Shown piece after piece: positions 1 through 12,755 of a stretch of 64,000 nt of DNA. The notes beneath the pieces were generated by a model that searched no databases, had not been told where the DNA came from, and was given only the letters and a program-made list of their open reading frames with translations. This stretch comes from Hyphochytrium catenoides (lineage: Eukaryota > Protista > Hyphochytriomycota), in the NCBI GenBank assembly GCA_900088475.1, contig FLMG01000600.1, forward strand, positions 1 to 64,000, in the 5' to 3' direction. Every line of letters begins with the position of its first letter. The first letter of the stretch is position 1. The position numbers were made by a program, and so were the translations under genes.

Positions 1-58
1 AAGTCGAGCACTCTCATCTAATGACATTGTCCAATCATCCCATCATACAAATCCAACA
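1..58 (+). repeat. ~55-bp dispersed direct repeat, copy 1 (possible transposon/LTR terminus ending ...CAACA; may extend left of the window)
   Basis: aagtcgagcactctcatctaatgacattgtccaatcatcccatcatacaaatccaaca aligns to 2070-2124 with 5 substitutions and one 3-bp indel. Confidence 0.7.
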
Positions 59-1949
59 GTTGAAGGGAGCACCGATTGCTCCGGACGTACATCCATCGTC
101 GCCGACTTCGTCTCTGTAAAGCTTCACAAAGAAGCTTTTTTCTGCCTCCTGTCCTTCTGAGCTGGGGTCTGCTTGGTCAGATGTTTATTTATTTTGGAGG
201 ATTCCCTTTGTAGTGGCTGGTGCAAGCAGCTTATTCTTAGAAACTTTTGACAAGCCTGTTATTGTGCCTCTCCACCAGCAAGGAAGCCAAACAATTGTCC
301 ATTTCAGCAAAGAAGACTCAGGTATTACCTTTGTGACAGACGAAGCCTAGCCTCTTCTGCTATGAACTTGTGGCAGAAGTGCTGTGCTATTTGCTCTCGA
401 TTTGTTCAAAGATGCGAGGCAGAGTTCTCTCCTGGACTTAGAGGAGCTTGCAGACTCATCGATTCGGTCCTCTTTCTCAAGCAGACAGAGCCACTATTCT
501 AGTGGATATGGAATGAGAACGGCCAAGTGCTTGCATATGTTACATTTGGACGGGGAGATCAACAATGATGGCAGTGTAGAAGCTTGGAGCCGGCCTGGCT
601 TTGTTGATCTTCGGTAGTGCTTTGTAGACTCGACTGTTACACTTTGCTAGCTCAGTCTATAAACTCTGCGGAAGAGCCTTTTTGTCCTATCGTGAGGTAT
701 GCAGAAGCGCTGTGCTGCCTCGGTAGAGAGAGGTTGTGACAGCTTGGAGACAACAAAATTGAGTGTCTGGGGAGGTGTTCTGCTATAGGAACTGCTTTTG
801 CCTCTCCTAAGGTCCCCTCCTATAGGTGCCTCTCTGCAGTTTTTCTGGAGTGAGAGCGAAGGCATTGCTGATGACGTGCTGGCTGTCCGCTCGCTAAGTC
901 TCACTACTACTTCAATTGTTTAATTCGCTGGAGGTAATTACGTAGCCATGGAAAGATGTGGGAATAGAGGTTGCTTTACACGTACGTCGTGAAGCTTTAC
1001 AAGGACGAAGTCGGGGACTTTTGCCAGCTGTTGTGCTCCTGAATGCCTATCTATGAAAGCTCAAGTATATATACTGGTGCTATCCCGCGTTGTCGGCTGC
1101 ATTTCTACAGTATCTGCAGCTTTATTGGGTGCTTGCACTTTATACATTGTGGCAACAACAAAGATTGTAATTTGTTGCTCTTTGCATTGGCTCTTCAGCT
1201 GAAGCCTTGATGATGGCACTCTTGTTGGCACGGTGGAGGATGTCGCTGAGGCCTTTTCCAGCTTCCTTAGGCCACAGGGCTGTGGTTTCTTTTGCCCTGT
1301 TTCTATTGCCTCTTCGTACCGTGCTCATTCCTATGTTGCTAGTGGCTTCTTTTGTATATTGTTCTACATTGGTCACGCCTAAATCTTGTGGTAGTTCTAC
1401 GGTACACAGTGGAAAGATCAGGAAACAGCACTGTGGTCAATCAGAACCGGCACAACACCAAATGTCTAACAAGAGTAATAATTACACGGTGATAACACCG
1501 CTTGCTCGTGCTGTTCCACTTCCCAGTCCCGGGGCTACTACGGGTTGTCGGTACAACTCGACGAACAGCAACAAACAACAACAACAGCCGGGGGATTCGG
1601 AAATAACGTAAGAATACAACATCGACGAACTACACGTTGGCGCCAACAGAGTTCAGCGAATTGGACATTCTCCCACCTCTTTTTGAGGGGAAACCCAATT
1701 GGGTGCACACACATACACCATTTGGCATTTGTTTTCAGTCGCCTCTTCTTCGTCTCTTTTCCATAAAATATCCCGTAATCTTGCTTTGATTTTTTGCCAG
1801 TTACTCTGTCTTGTTTTTGCTTTACCAACCTGCCCCCACCTGGCGAAACATTAGTGCAAGAAATGGAGGAAACATTGCACACGTGAAGGAATAAAACAAG
1901 GATCGCAAAGTTCCAACCACAGGGCGCTGAGCCCTACGACTCAGCGAAC

Positions 1950-2267
1950 AACACGAAAAAGTCCATTTGTGCTGAAGCCCCTGTGGGTTGAAATTGAGTC
2001 TCGGGCGCAATTAGGAATATTCCGCATAATGAGAATAGCTCTAGATTGTGGGCCCCCAGTTGGGCTTATAAGTAGAGTACTCTCATCTAATGACATAGTC
2101 CAATCATTCCATACAAATCCTACAACTTAGCCCACCTCTTCTGTACCCACAATCCAGAGCTATTTTGACTGTGTCAAGTGTATCTAATAAACGGTAACTG
2201 CGAGCCCGAAGGGCGAGCCTCAATTTCAACCCACAGGGGCTTCAGCACAAATGGACTTTTTCGTGTT
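1950..2267. repeat. Nested inverted repeat (foldback-like)
   Basis: 1950-1998 is the exact reverse complement of 2219-2267 (49 bp). The inner arms 2034-2052 and 2146-2164 match at 18 of 19 bp. Confidence 0.9.
2070..2124 (+). repeat. ~55-bp dispersed direct repeat, copy 2
   Basis: aagtagagtactctcatctaatgacatagtccaatcattccatacaaatcctaca matches 1-58. It sits in the loop of the inverted repeat 1950-2267. Confidence 0.7.
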
Positions 2268-2825
2268 TTGTGTGTCTGTGTGTGTGTGTGTGTTTGTGAT
2301 CAAAATTTCACTATTTGCTTTTTAACTAATCACTGTTTGGGCTTTTTCTTTGGATTTGGGTCTTTGTTTGTGTATGTTGGAGATGTAAAAAATCAGAGAA
2401 GAAGCGAAAGGGTTGTATGAACATAAATCGAATTCGTAACGCGAGACGTATCACTATAAACCGAGACACATCGCGTGAGTCCAGCCGAATTTGTGTTGTT
2501 CAGCGGTAGGAGCTGAAGGTGGAGGTGACAAGTCACGCGACTCCTGCAGCAGTCGAGAGTTGAGAAAGTTTCGCCATTCACTCACTCACTCACTCACTAT
2601 TCTCCTGTAGAGAGCGTGGGTGAACGAGTAGGGAGATCCTTTAGAAAGTGTGCCTATCTAGGAAATATCGGTAGAAGAAATGAAGGCTCCTACAAGTAGT
2701 GTTACGAGTACAAGAACTTTTACGACTAAATCAGTGATCCAAGCATCTTCCACTAATAATGCAGCCGAAGGCTGGATTACGCACTATCAACGTCGGGCGA
2801 GCCCTAGGCGGAGCCTAAAGCTATT
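2183..2825 (+). mobile_element. Possible non-autonomous Helitron/HINE-like element
   Basis: Starts a|TCTAATAAA. Contains GC hairpins (gcccgaagggc 2204-2214, cagccgaaggctg 2762-2774, taggcggagccta ~2805-2817) and internal (GT)n at ~2269-2293 and (TCAC)n at ~2578-2598. No canonical 3' CTRR was found, so the call is weak. Confidence 0.3.
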
Positions 2826-2829
2826 GATA

Positions 2830-5400
2830 AGATTCTACCAAGTCATATGACGTCTAGAACAGCCATGCCTGAAGGTAATCCGGTGTTCTGGCTATAAGCC
2901 ATAAATATAAAGAGGGATAGTTCGTCTGCTTCAATCTCGGCTTCTACTAGGACTTTGGAGCTGGACTTTGAGTACCTTAGATTGCCACCTTGCACTTTAC
3001 ACAGCTGTACCGTCATCAGACTCCAATGGCTTTGTAGTTGACTGGATGATTGATTCATTATTACTTGGATATGTCACACTATTCTTCTGAAAAGGAACGA
3101 ATGTCTTCTTTAAACTCTTTGAACCTCTTCGACTAAAAAAGAAGATATTTCTATCAGAGGTTCAAGAAAGGCCTATAAAAAATTTTACGAAAAGAACTAT
3201 TCTGAAAGACATCTTACTTTGCTTGAGGATGCCCCTAAATAGAAAGCCCTTGTAGATTATTGGTTGGTCAAGAGGAATATCTGGGAAAGATCAAGACGTG
3301 TTTGAAAATGAGTGTGTCAGGTCTTGCATTATTTAGTGATGGTGGTTTACAGAATGTAGATGGTGCGATAAGATATTATCAGGGTGGGCCTTGGTCTTTT
3401 CTGGATTTTATATGCTAGTCCCTTCGTCCTTCTTGCTGCCGAATGGGGCATACAATTATCCTTTGGTAGCAGCGGCAACAGCTGGGGATGTGGGGTACGT
3501 AGCTAGACGTTGCTCGGTCAAATTCGCAACGACCTCCAGTGAGAACCTACCAAATGACGTATTATAAACCAACTTTGACAGGCAGAAAAGAAGTGACTAG
3601 TCTAGTTCAGTTTGCAGGAGCTCTTCCGGCCGAGGAGACCTCAACATGAAGGTATGTTGCTAAGATTGGAGCTCCTAGGGGCCCTAACGATACCCAGCTT
3701 CAGTTTCTCCAACCTTCAGGGCAAAGTTGGGACAACAAGAGTTTGGGATGAGTAGAAATAAAGTATTAGTAGGGCAGGTAAGTTACCACACAACACAAGA
3801 GCTCTGTGATTCAGGCAGTTTTACTTACACCACCGAACACAGGGACCACCTGACTCTTCCTGGAAAATTTTGATTAGATATTGGGTTGACTATCACTCAC
3901 TGATGTCGGTAGTTTAGATAGCTCTGGCCCAGCCATCCATTTTGAGACCAGCTTGTGGTGACCACACTTAGTATGGTATATGGTCTAGTCGTATGCACTA
4001 AAGACATTATCCCCGGACCCCATCGCTAATCTCAGTTGTTCGTGTAGAAAGAGAACGAGGATTCCCTTTTTGCGTGACTTCTTCTTAGTTTGTTTAAGGC
4101 GGAAGCCCTAATAAGTTAGTCTCCAAAAGGTCACGGCCTGGTCTCGTAGCAGCAGGAGCATTAATTAGCTATGGGCATCTTTGCCCCCCCGGGCGGCCGC
4201 CGGCCCCAGACAGTCGACCTTTACGTCTTCGGCCTACTCCTCCTAGGGACCTCGAGCGCCAAGGAGATCATAGTAAAATTCCTAGAAAGGTAACTTCTCT
4301 CTTCTTGGGGACGTCGTTCATTTGGTGCTTCAGCCCTTAATAAAGTGTCCAAATATTCCTCAACTCTAACAGTGCTTAACTTTATAACGCCAAACTCATG
4401 ATGTGTTACAGACAGCACCCAATATTCGATGACACTTACTATCGTTGACCTTCCTTAGAGTTCAAAATTAGGGCTTTGCGGGAGACCGCTTCGAAGGTCG
4501 AAAAAACAGACTTAGAAAGAACATCCAGACTAGCTCCCTCTTCATCGCCAGTCCTCTTTCTTCATTGTAAGCCTTTGTACAGGGTTTCCAACCATTGGGA
4601 GGTTGCAAAGTGCGGCCCGACACCTGGCATGCACATTCCAAACCCTGTTTACCACACGAACAAATGGCACATAGATCCCAGAGGGGTAAAATGTAGCTGA
4701 TTATAAAAGTTTCCCCTATCTTGACAATTCTCGCAACAGCATGTGAAGTAGAAACCCTTTCCGAGATGATGACGGCTGGCCTGGTCCTTCGCCACCGTAC
4801 AAAGGATACAACAGCCTTACTCTACAAAGGTAATCAACAACGTAATTCTACAAGAAATCGATCCGTAAAGCAACCGAGAGAACGTCGCTGGTGGTGAAGG
4901 ACGAAAAGTGAGCTACCAGCTGCTTCTTGTTTCCACTGCCAATCCGCTGCACCTGCTACTAGCAGACGGAGTCGTAGCAGACGGAGTCGTGCCAATAACC
5001 TTCTTCCCTCAATTGGTTTTCTATCCTCAAATCATTATTGGACATATGCATTACTACTTTTTGCTCTTACGTGGTGACAACAAGAAAATCGATGAGAAAG
5101 ACAGGAGGATGAGTGCAACAGAGATGGTGGCAGGAGGGCCGTAGTACTGGAGAGGAAAAAAAGTGACAGCAGAGGAAGAAAGTAGTAAGGAAGAAGCAAA
5201 ACCAGACAGAGCAAACAGAAGAGAAGATGAGGTTGATCATAACGAGATAGGTCTAAAAAGTTTTGTCCCTCTTCTCTAGGCCAGCTCTCTCGTATGAACA
5301 TCACATCACGATTAAGCCCAGCTCCAGAAAGAAAGTAATAAGCGCTTCTTCAGCCTTTCGCCCTCCCCGCTGTCCAACAAATAACCATGGCCAAGTAGGA
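2830..5400 (-). mobile_element. Probable highly decayed retroelement-like sequence
   Basis: No intact gene and no splice pattern. Minus-strand fragments loosely resemble RT and endonuclease motifs (FIFMAYSQNTGLP at ~2870-2910; DNVFSAYD*TIYHTKCGHHKLV at ~3945-4010) but are broken by stops. Confidence 0.2.
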
Positions 5401-5837
5401 GTGTCATCGCTTTGACATTCATAATAGCTTATAATCTCATAAAAGAAGACTTCTGTGTGGCACTGAATGGGGTCCATCGAGATATTGTTGTCCCTGGATA
5501 ATCACCTCCTATTGTATGCAATTTGCAGGCAGCTATGCAATCCATGGTATACTCCAATCTCGGGACCAACTCGCTGAAGACGAGTTCAATACGGAGAAAA
5601 GGGTACATAACACACAACAGCGTCATCACGAGGAATACGGGCGTTGCGAGTCGGCCTTGCCATCTTCAGAGGCGTCTTCAGCCTTATTTTGTGACCCTGT
5701 TGTGAAGTAGAGACGAGCCAGACAGGGTAAGAAGTAACGATGATGTCATGGCCTTGCTTGGTCGGCATCTACTGCGTCGACAGGATTGGCCCAGCGGCCT
5801 TCTGGAAAGTATCCTTTAATTACATGATGGCACTAGA

Positions 5838-8644
5838 CTAATGGGTGCACGTATGGTACAACAGTCCATAGAGTTCTTCCTGCCGCCTTCGCGCGCGGGC
5901 ATAGATTTGTGTGAACGCATGGTCCGGCTCAACTCGTGTTGACTTATGATCCAATTCACCTGGCAAAAGAGAGCCCAAGTAAGCAGGAGAAGCTAGAGGA
6001 GGAGGAATGGTCGCAAATGGTCGTTCATACGTATCTGGAGCGCAGTCCTCCCAGGCACGCAAGTAGACTTCAGAGAGCCTGCTATAAGATAAGCTACCCC
6101 TTTCAGTGTCGACTCCTGAAACGGTTCTAATATCAATGGCCTTCCCAAGGCATCCGCTACTTATACTGGTCAGTGCTGGGTGGAAGCGACAACAAGACGC
6201 TGCTGCTAGCCGAAGATACCTATAATGTGCTGCCAGGCCTTTGAATTAAGTAGAGCTGCTCCGCTCCCTATAACCGTGAAAGAATCCGGAAGCACAGGTT
6301 CTGCTTGCATTCCCGTTAAAAGTATGCCACCTGAAATAATAGTACTACGAAAGGATCAAGCCTACCTAAGAGCGTTAGAATGGTTGCTAGTCGCAAAGCG
6401 ACTGCCTCCATGGACGCACGCAGTATCTGCTCGGATGTTGTGTTCCTAAGGGAGGTTGGGCGGTGCTCATCAGTTATATATTTTGCTTTTTGACGAATCG
6501 TTGCAGACATTAGGAAAGTCATACTTTGTGATGCCTATAATGGCTGCTCGCGCGTGATCACGCCAGCCCGGAGCTCTTTCGCCTGTCACAGAAAGGAGGA
6601 TATTAACGGGACCTTCATCACTCCCTGCCGCAGCCCTTACCGCTGAGAAAAGGAAGAATAGTTAGTCCATGACTGTCTGGAGCTTCTGCTGCGCAGGAGC
6701 TATCTGCAATAAGCCTTCCATTAGCCAAAAACAAGGCTCGACTCGAGCATGCGAACCCATGGTCTGGGTACCCTCCGGGATCTCAGCTCCTAATGCCGAG
6801 TTGCACCACTCGTACACGCTTCCTCCGTCCGTAAGTGCGCCCCCAATAAGGAGGTGATCTTCATCAAGACGATAGCACCAGAGGCCCGCTGGCACTAGGC
6901 CACCGCGCTGTAACCAGAGGAAGTCAAGGCGTAGGGTTGAGAGCCTTGGACAGAGTACCAGCAGATAGAGTATCTTACAGCTTCAAATGTAGCATCCGAT
7001 ATAACCACTCTCATGGCTGCACTGGTACCGATTGTCAACGCCACGCGGCTAAGCAGCATAGACAATCAGACGAACGGTAGAGAACCAACAAAAAAGAAAA
7101 GAGGAGTTCAACCGAGCAAGATTGCCCCCGACTTTGTTTGTATACCTATCAACCGTGCATTTGGATCCAATATTTGCGGCGGCGCCATCTCCTACTCCGA
7201 GGAAGAAGCTGCATAAGCGCAGGACTGGCCAGCGCTTAGAGTAATGATCTGAAAGCCCCTGAAGACAGCCATCAAAGTTCTGAGAAGTTTACAGAGGTAC
7301 AGAGATATGTAAGAATTTGGTGGTTGGGCCGCGAAAGTGATAGCCATGGGTAAATGTAAAGTTGTTACTGACCGCAAGAGGTGGAAGCATATCAGCCTCT
7401 ATGCCCAGAATCTCTAGCAGTTCCTTATGCCAACACTTTAGCCTGAAGTTGAGTAGCCCCGTCCATGAGGCTTCACAGTAGCTGACTGGCACCCGCCCAG
7501 CCTTATGTCCTACGGGGACAATGAAACAGCTAAGAGGGTTAGTTTTAGGGTTCAATGGTCCAGCACCAGGCAAGCATGATTTACCAAACCGATATGCCCG
7601 ACGACAGGAGCCAAGGGAAAGCAAACCCCACCTAGAAGAAGGGAGTGTGCGGCACAAGAGGATACCAAAAGAGATCAACTGCTTGTTTTACCTATCCAAA
7701 GGCCCATCAGATGTGAACTGAGAGTCTTCCAGTGCTTCACAGTGGCAAAGGTCTCTGGGTCCCGTTGTCTGAACGCTGCAAGCTGGACTGACGCGTACGA
7801 TTGATGGATTGGAACTCCAGTCTCTTGAACAATTGCCTCCAAGCGACCCAAACGCTCCAATATGTTGTAGAGAATATTCTTACTCTCCTTGTCGTGGCCT
7901 TCCTCCATGAATGATGAATCCCTGCTCGCATACTAAGCGAGAAGAGATAGGTTAGCCCCACCCTTTCAAAATGACAGCCAAAAGCAAGTCCCTCAGAAGG
8001 CTAGTTAATTTCGGGGCCGAAGAGAATACTCTGTGCTTACCGACCGTGAAGACTGGGGTGATTGGCCGGTCCTGGGGTTGGCGGCGGCCAGCCGACGATC
8101 AGAGTGTAAGTAAGTCGCAATGATAAACACTAGGGATACAGGGCGAGTCGGATGTTGCCTGACCTCCATATCTACACCAAAGAAGTTCATCACAAACGAG
8201 TCCAGTCCCATAGCAACGACTCTGTAACTCTCCAGCTTTACTTCCAGAGCTGCGAGACAGTGATCGATGCACTGCTCCACGGTTGTTTCGATCAAAGATA
8301 GATTTGCTTTACCTGTACCGCACCGGTGATAGAAAGAGAGCAATCAGCTGGTTTGTCCTTTGCCCTAAAGAGCTATGATTAAGTGTTTCTCGACTACGCA
8401 TTGCGGCTCGGCATCAGCCTTGACGCCATTGTACTTCTACAGTAAACGTTTCCTTACCCTTATCGTCCAGAATGGTCCACTTCAGCTGCACCATGGTACC
8501 CTCCACTAAGGACACCTCTTCTTTGGAGTTGTCACATACCGCGACCCCATCATGGTGGGGGGGACCATGTTGTCTGTAGAGAGTATGCGCAGAACAGCGT
8601 ACAGAGGAGGTGCCGATGTCTAGAGTGAGGATGACGTCCTTCAT
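5838..8644 (-). CDS. gntK: FGGY-family carbohydrate kinase, gluconokinase (GntK-type)-like; multi-exon
   Basis: Exon fragments occur in order: MKDVILTLDIGTSSVRCS (phosphate-1 loop), FVMNFFGVD, PIHQSYASVQL, SYCEASWTGLLN, GDGAAANIGS (~7160-7190), VALTIGTSAAMRVV (~7005-7045), GLWCYRLDEDHLLIGGALTDGGSVYEW, LRASMEAVALRL, and C-terminal EPDHAFTQIYARARRRQEELYGLL. They are separated by GT-AG introns. Family is secure; substrate is inferred. Confidence 0.8.
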
Positions 8645-9360
8645 CTGTCAGCCAGTTCCTAGAGCTGCAAGCCACCTCTACCGCTGTTAAAAACGGTACC
8701 AGCGTTGATGCAGGTACTGGTCCTGCACTCACGATGCTTGTTGGATCTTAAAGTGAAGAGTGTTACTAGAATAGAGTTCTGTTTCTGTCAGCTCCTAATT
8801 GTCTGGGAGGCTGCATTCCTTTGTCGCGTGGGTATCGAACTCCTTGCTCTTGTTGGGAAAGCGGCGCTGGCCCCAGCCTACATGTAAATGGAGAAGATCT
8901 TTGTTTTTGGTCTTTGTCAACCCTCCCTCCCAAGATTGAGATTATTGGCTTGATTGTGGCGTCGTTTCAGGTTCAGGATGTAAAAGTACTGCAAGGACTT
9001 GACATTGGGTACCTGTTACTTGTACTTGGTCTTTACGACTTGCCTTCGTACAGTTACTGGTACCGGCTTGTGTATGAAAAGGAACACTTGGTCGTTTCGG
9101 TGTGCATATAAATTTAGGAGCTGGAGCGTGATGGGCGGTCTGATCCCACCCAAGAATGCGCCGCCCCCAAGGTGACTCTCCTGACTCTCCCGTCAGCTCC
9201 TTCCCGAGCTGACCCTATCATATTCCGCCATCGAGGGGTAGATCTATTTTTGCCTCTGCCTGCGTGAAGTATACAGTTCGGAGTCCCAGCAGGAAGGAAG
9301 GAAGAAGAGAGCGAGAGGAGGGAAATAACTGACAGGAACCGAACAGGAAGCCTCCGCGGC

Positions 9361-9445
9361 AAAGAGAAGAGAGACAGAGAGCAGAGACAGAGTGAGAGAG
9401 AGAGAGAGAGAGGGAAAGAGAGAGAGAGAGAAAGAGAGAGAGAGC
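9361..9445 (+). repeat. (GA)n microsatellite within a purine-rich tract (~9290-9680)
   Basis: gagagagagagagagagagggaaagagagagagagagaaagagagagagag lies between the divergently oriented kinase and zinc-finger genes. Confidence 0.9.
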
Positions 9446-10090
9446 GCGAAGGGAGAGGAATGCACAGGTACAGGGATAGCAAGAGAGCTAGAGGGAAGAG
9501 AGCTAGAGAAAGGGAAGGAGAGGGAGAGAGATTGTGAAAAGATGGCTCGAACTTCTAGGGAGAATGTTGAGGGCGAGGCAATAAGGGAAGAGAAGGAGAA
9601 AGGAAAAGAGGAATGGACGACTGGATCTATCACCTGCGATAGGCTAAAGACAGGAGAGGCGGAGAGGGATGAAGAGAGAGTGCTTCGAGTTGGCCATGAT
9701 TTAGAGACTTGTCTACTTTGTTTTTCTAGGGATCCCCCACCGTAGCCTATTCTAGCAGCGCGTTCAGTGTACTCTAGGATCCAAAGGGGAGAGGAAGGAG
9801 ATGTCAAATAATGAACAAGCGGCTTCTGGCTTTAGCGTCTCTATTTTTGGGATGACAGCAGTGCGGACTGAGCTACAGGGACAGCAGCAGGAGGAGATGT
9901 CCTAAAGCTGCAAGCTTAGCCCAAGATCAAACCCGCAAGACGTCCGCCGTGCAGCTGGCATGAGAAGAGAACCAGATTGCTTCTTGAGAATTTCGTGGTG
10001 GCTGCGATCAGTTTGATTATTCGCCTTGCCTCACCGACCTTGGGCCGCCAACAACTAAGGACAAATAGCGAAAAGCGAGAAGAGGAACCA

Positions 10091-11816
10091 ATGAAGAGCG
10101 CGACCTGGGATCTCTTCCGAGGCGGCGAGCCCGGGCGGAAGAGTCTTGAAGTCGATCGCGAGGACGAGGTCACAGGCCTCTGCTCCGTTATGGAAGAGCG
10201 TGATAGCACCTTCCTCTCTCACGAGGATGCTGTCTCATGGCTCTCAGGCCTTATCTCACCGTCCTCAGCGTCGCTGCCTCGGACGAGGGACAGCTTACCC
10301 CATTTTAGCTTCGAGTCCTTTAGTGGAGTGAGGAGTAGCCAGTACCCGTCACCTGGTAAATTGGGTGGAACCTTGGATGGGGCCGGAAAGGAATCAGAGA
10401 GCCGCGACCCCACCTGTCCTGAGCCAGCCCTATCGGTAATTGAGTTATCTTCTAGCGTGGAACCTGTGAGTCGTCCCATCTGCCCTCTTCCGAGCCCGGA
10501 GCTTCGGCGACGGGAGTTATCAGTCCGTACGCAGCGCGGGTTGCCGCTCCTTCGCGCAATCACCTGCCCAGCACCACCCGCCGCCGGCCGAAATGAAAGT
10601 TGTGGGCTTGAGCCGACGCTTCCGTTCATCGACTCCCCGCTATTTTCTGTGTACAAAGGGGGTCTTTTGTTTCCCTCACTTCAACTTCCTTCTGACTCTT
10701 CGGATCTCAGCTTGAAGCCACGAGTTCAGGAACACCTGCAAAACCTTCCCACAGACAACCTCATGGAATCTCCTCCGCCGACGGGGTTACGGGAGCTATC
10801 GGGAGGTCACAAGCCCTGCAGCATCACAGGTTGCCCAAAGCGGGTCAGGTCGCGAGGACTCTGCAAGGCCCACGGTGGTGGGCGACGCTGCGTCATTGAC
10901 GGCTGTCAGCGGTCAAGTCAGGGAGGGTCGCTATGCATCTCCCATGGGGGTGGGAAGAGGTGCGTTGAGCTTGCTTGTATATCCTATCCGTGCAACAGTT
11001 TACTTATCCACTCTCGCCGGCCATTTCTAAGTCTCTCTTTCCTCTTACCTCGTGGTGCCCTGTAGATGCAAAGTAGAAGATTGTGGGAAAGCTGCCCAAT
11101 CAAGAGGTGAGTCCTGCTTCTTTCTCTCACACTTTATTCGACACTGATCTCACGTACCCATGACAGGAATGTGCAAGGGACATGGAGGTGGCGTTCGCTG
11201 CAAGGTGGAGGGGTGCACGAAAAGCAGCCAAGGTAAGGCTGGAACGCCCACCGACGAACTAAACGGAGCTGATATCGAAACGAAAGCGGGGCAACTGAGT
11301 GTTTTCATGCCTCAGGCTCTGGATTCTGTCGGGCCCACGGAGGTGGCAAGAAGTGCAAGGTGGAGAACTGTGTAAAAGGTGCGCAGCGTGGCGGTTTCTG
11401 TGCTGGCCATGGAGGCAGTCGCTATTGCCAGATTCCTGGGTGCTCTAAGAATGATCGCGGGTGGGTAAAGCGCCTTTTGTTATCAATGGTCGGCCAAACC
11501 ATCGTTGCGCTCAATCACACCGGTTCTGTCCGTTATTTTGGCGTTGGTTTGGCGTTGGGCCGTCATCGTCTTTGAGCCCTAACCTTCGAACTCGTCTTTT
11601 GTCTTCAGTGGTGGTTTCTGCACAATGCATGGTGGCGGCAAGAAGTGCAAGGGGGAGGGCTGCGTGAAGCCCTCTCGAACAAAGGGCTTTTGTATCATGC
11701 ATTTCAACCAGTACAAGCTTGCCATGGCTTCCAACCCCTCCGAGCAGACTGGGGCCTCCTCGTCAACATTGAAGCCCGGGAGTTCGTCGACACAGACACA
11801 AGCTGTGACAGCATGA
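10091..11816 (+). CDS. WRKY19-like C-x4-C-x9-C-x2-H zinc-finger repeat protein (7 repeats), putative transcription factor; 5 exons
   Basis: Ser/Pro-rich N-terminus followed by CSITGCPKRVRSRGLCKAHGGG, CVIDGCQRSSQGGSLCISHGGG, CKVEDCGKAAQSRGMCKGHGGG, CKVEGCTKSSQGSGFCRAHGGG, CKVENCVKGAQRGGFCAGHGGS, CQIPGCSKNDRGGGFCTMHGGG and CKGEGCVKPSRTKGFCIMH across 4 GT-AG introns. The start ATG at 10091 is inferred. Confidence 0.85.
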
Positions 11817-12755
11817 GTTGCGCCCGCTTCTTTTCTCCTCCTCGTTTTGGATATTTATTTTTCTAACCCACTTTTGCCGCAGGAGCACTGCTCCACCAAG
11901 TGTGCCTTCACTTTATAGTATGAGCTTTGGCCTATTGATTGACTATGAAGATAGTTCTCAGTGTCCATGAGCTACTTAATAAACCTGGACTATGATTTTA
12001 AAAGAGGCCCTTCGCGTGAGCATGCGGAAGTAGAGTGGAAACGAACCTCACTATGACTGAACTGCGGTGCGTTGTTGGTCCTGGACAACCTCGAGCTGGC
12101 AACCTCGAGCTGGCCACTGTGAAACGCTCTTCGGTGGCTACGTCTACCGGTTTCCTGTCGCTCGACGCTATGGAATTGTGGTCATGGCCACCAGAGATCA
12201 AGCCATCACTCTGACGGCGGAAAGCTTGCTGAGAATAGTCCCACAAGGACGAGGGGGGGAGATGGTTCATTTAAGGGTAGCCCCAGGATGGAGGAAAGAA
12301 GACGTCGAGTCTGAGAGGGCTGAGAGTGCAAAGAGCTGGCCGTGCATAATCCTCATCAGTCCGCGCCTCTGCTCTTCTTGACCTGTGGCGACGATGAAGC
12401 ATCTCCTCCGCCCAGACCACTTCTGGAGGCCTCCTCCCTCTTCCCCTTGCTCCTTCTCGCTGATCAACTTCCTCGCGGAGCTGCTAACGCCTCGTTTACA
12501 CAAAGAAGGTACTCCGGAGTATCTCTTAGCAACTTCTGCGATAATAACCAAAACTAACAGCAGTGTACAACGACAACTTCAACATGGCCCTCTCAAGCCC
12601 GCTGTCGCTATAATTGACAGCGTGAAGTCAAGAACGAAGCAGGAGCGGTTGTTGCAGATGTGCCACCAGCCTTGTTGGCGCTTGACTCTTGCACTTCTTC
12701 TCGCCGCTGTTGCATCTCACCTCATTCCTCCCGTCCCAGGAGCCTTATTATAGCC

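Noticed and set aside
1-2124. Intact LTR retrotransposon bounded by the 55-bp direct repeats
   Set aside because: No gag/pol ORF, clear primer-binding site or polypurine tract is visible, and copy 1 is cut by the window edge.
9114-9807. ORFs of 117-187 aa rich in SL or ER dipeptides
   Set aside because: They are translations of the (GA)n / purine-rich low-complexity tract.
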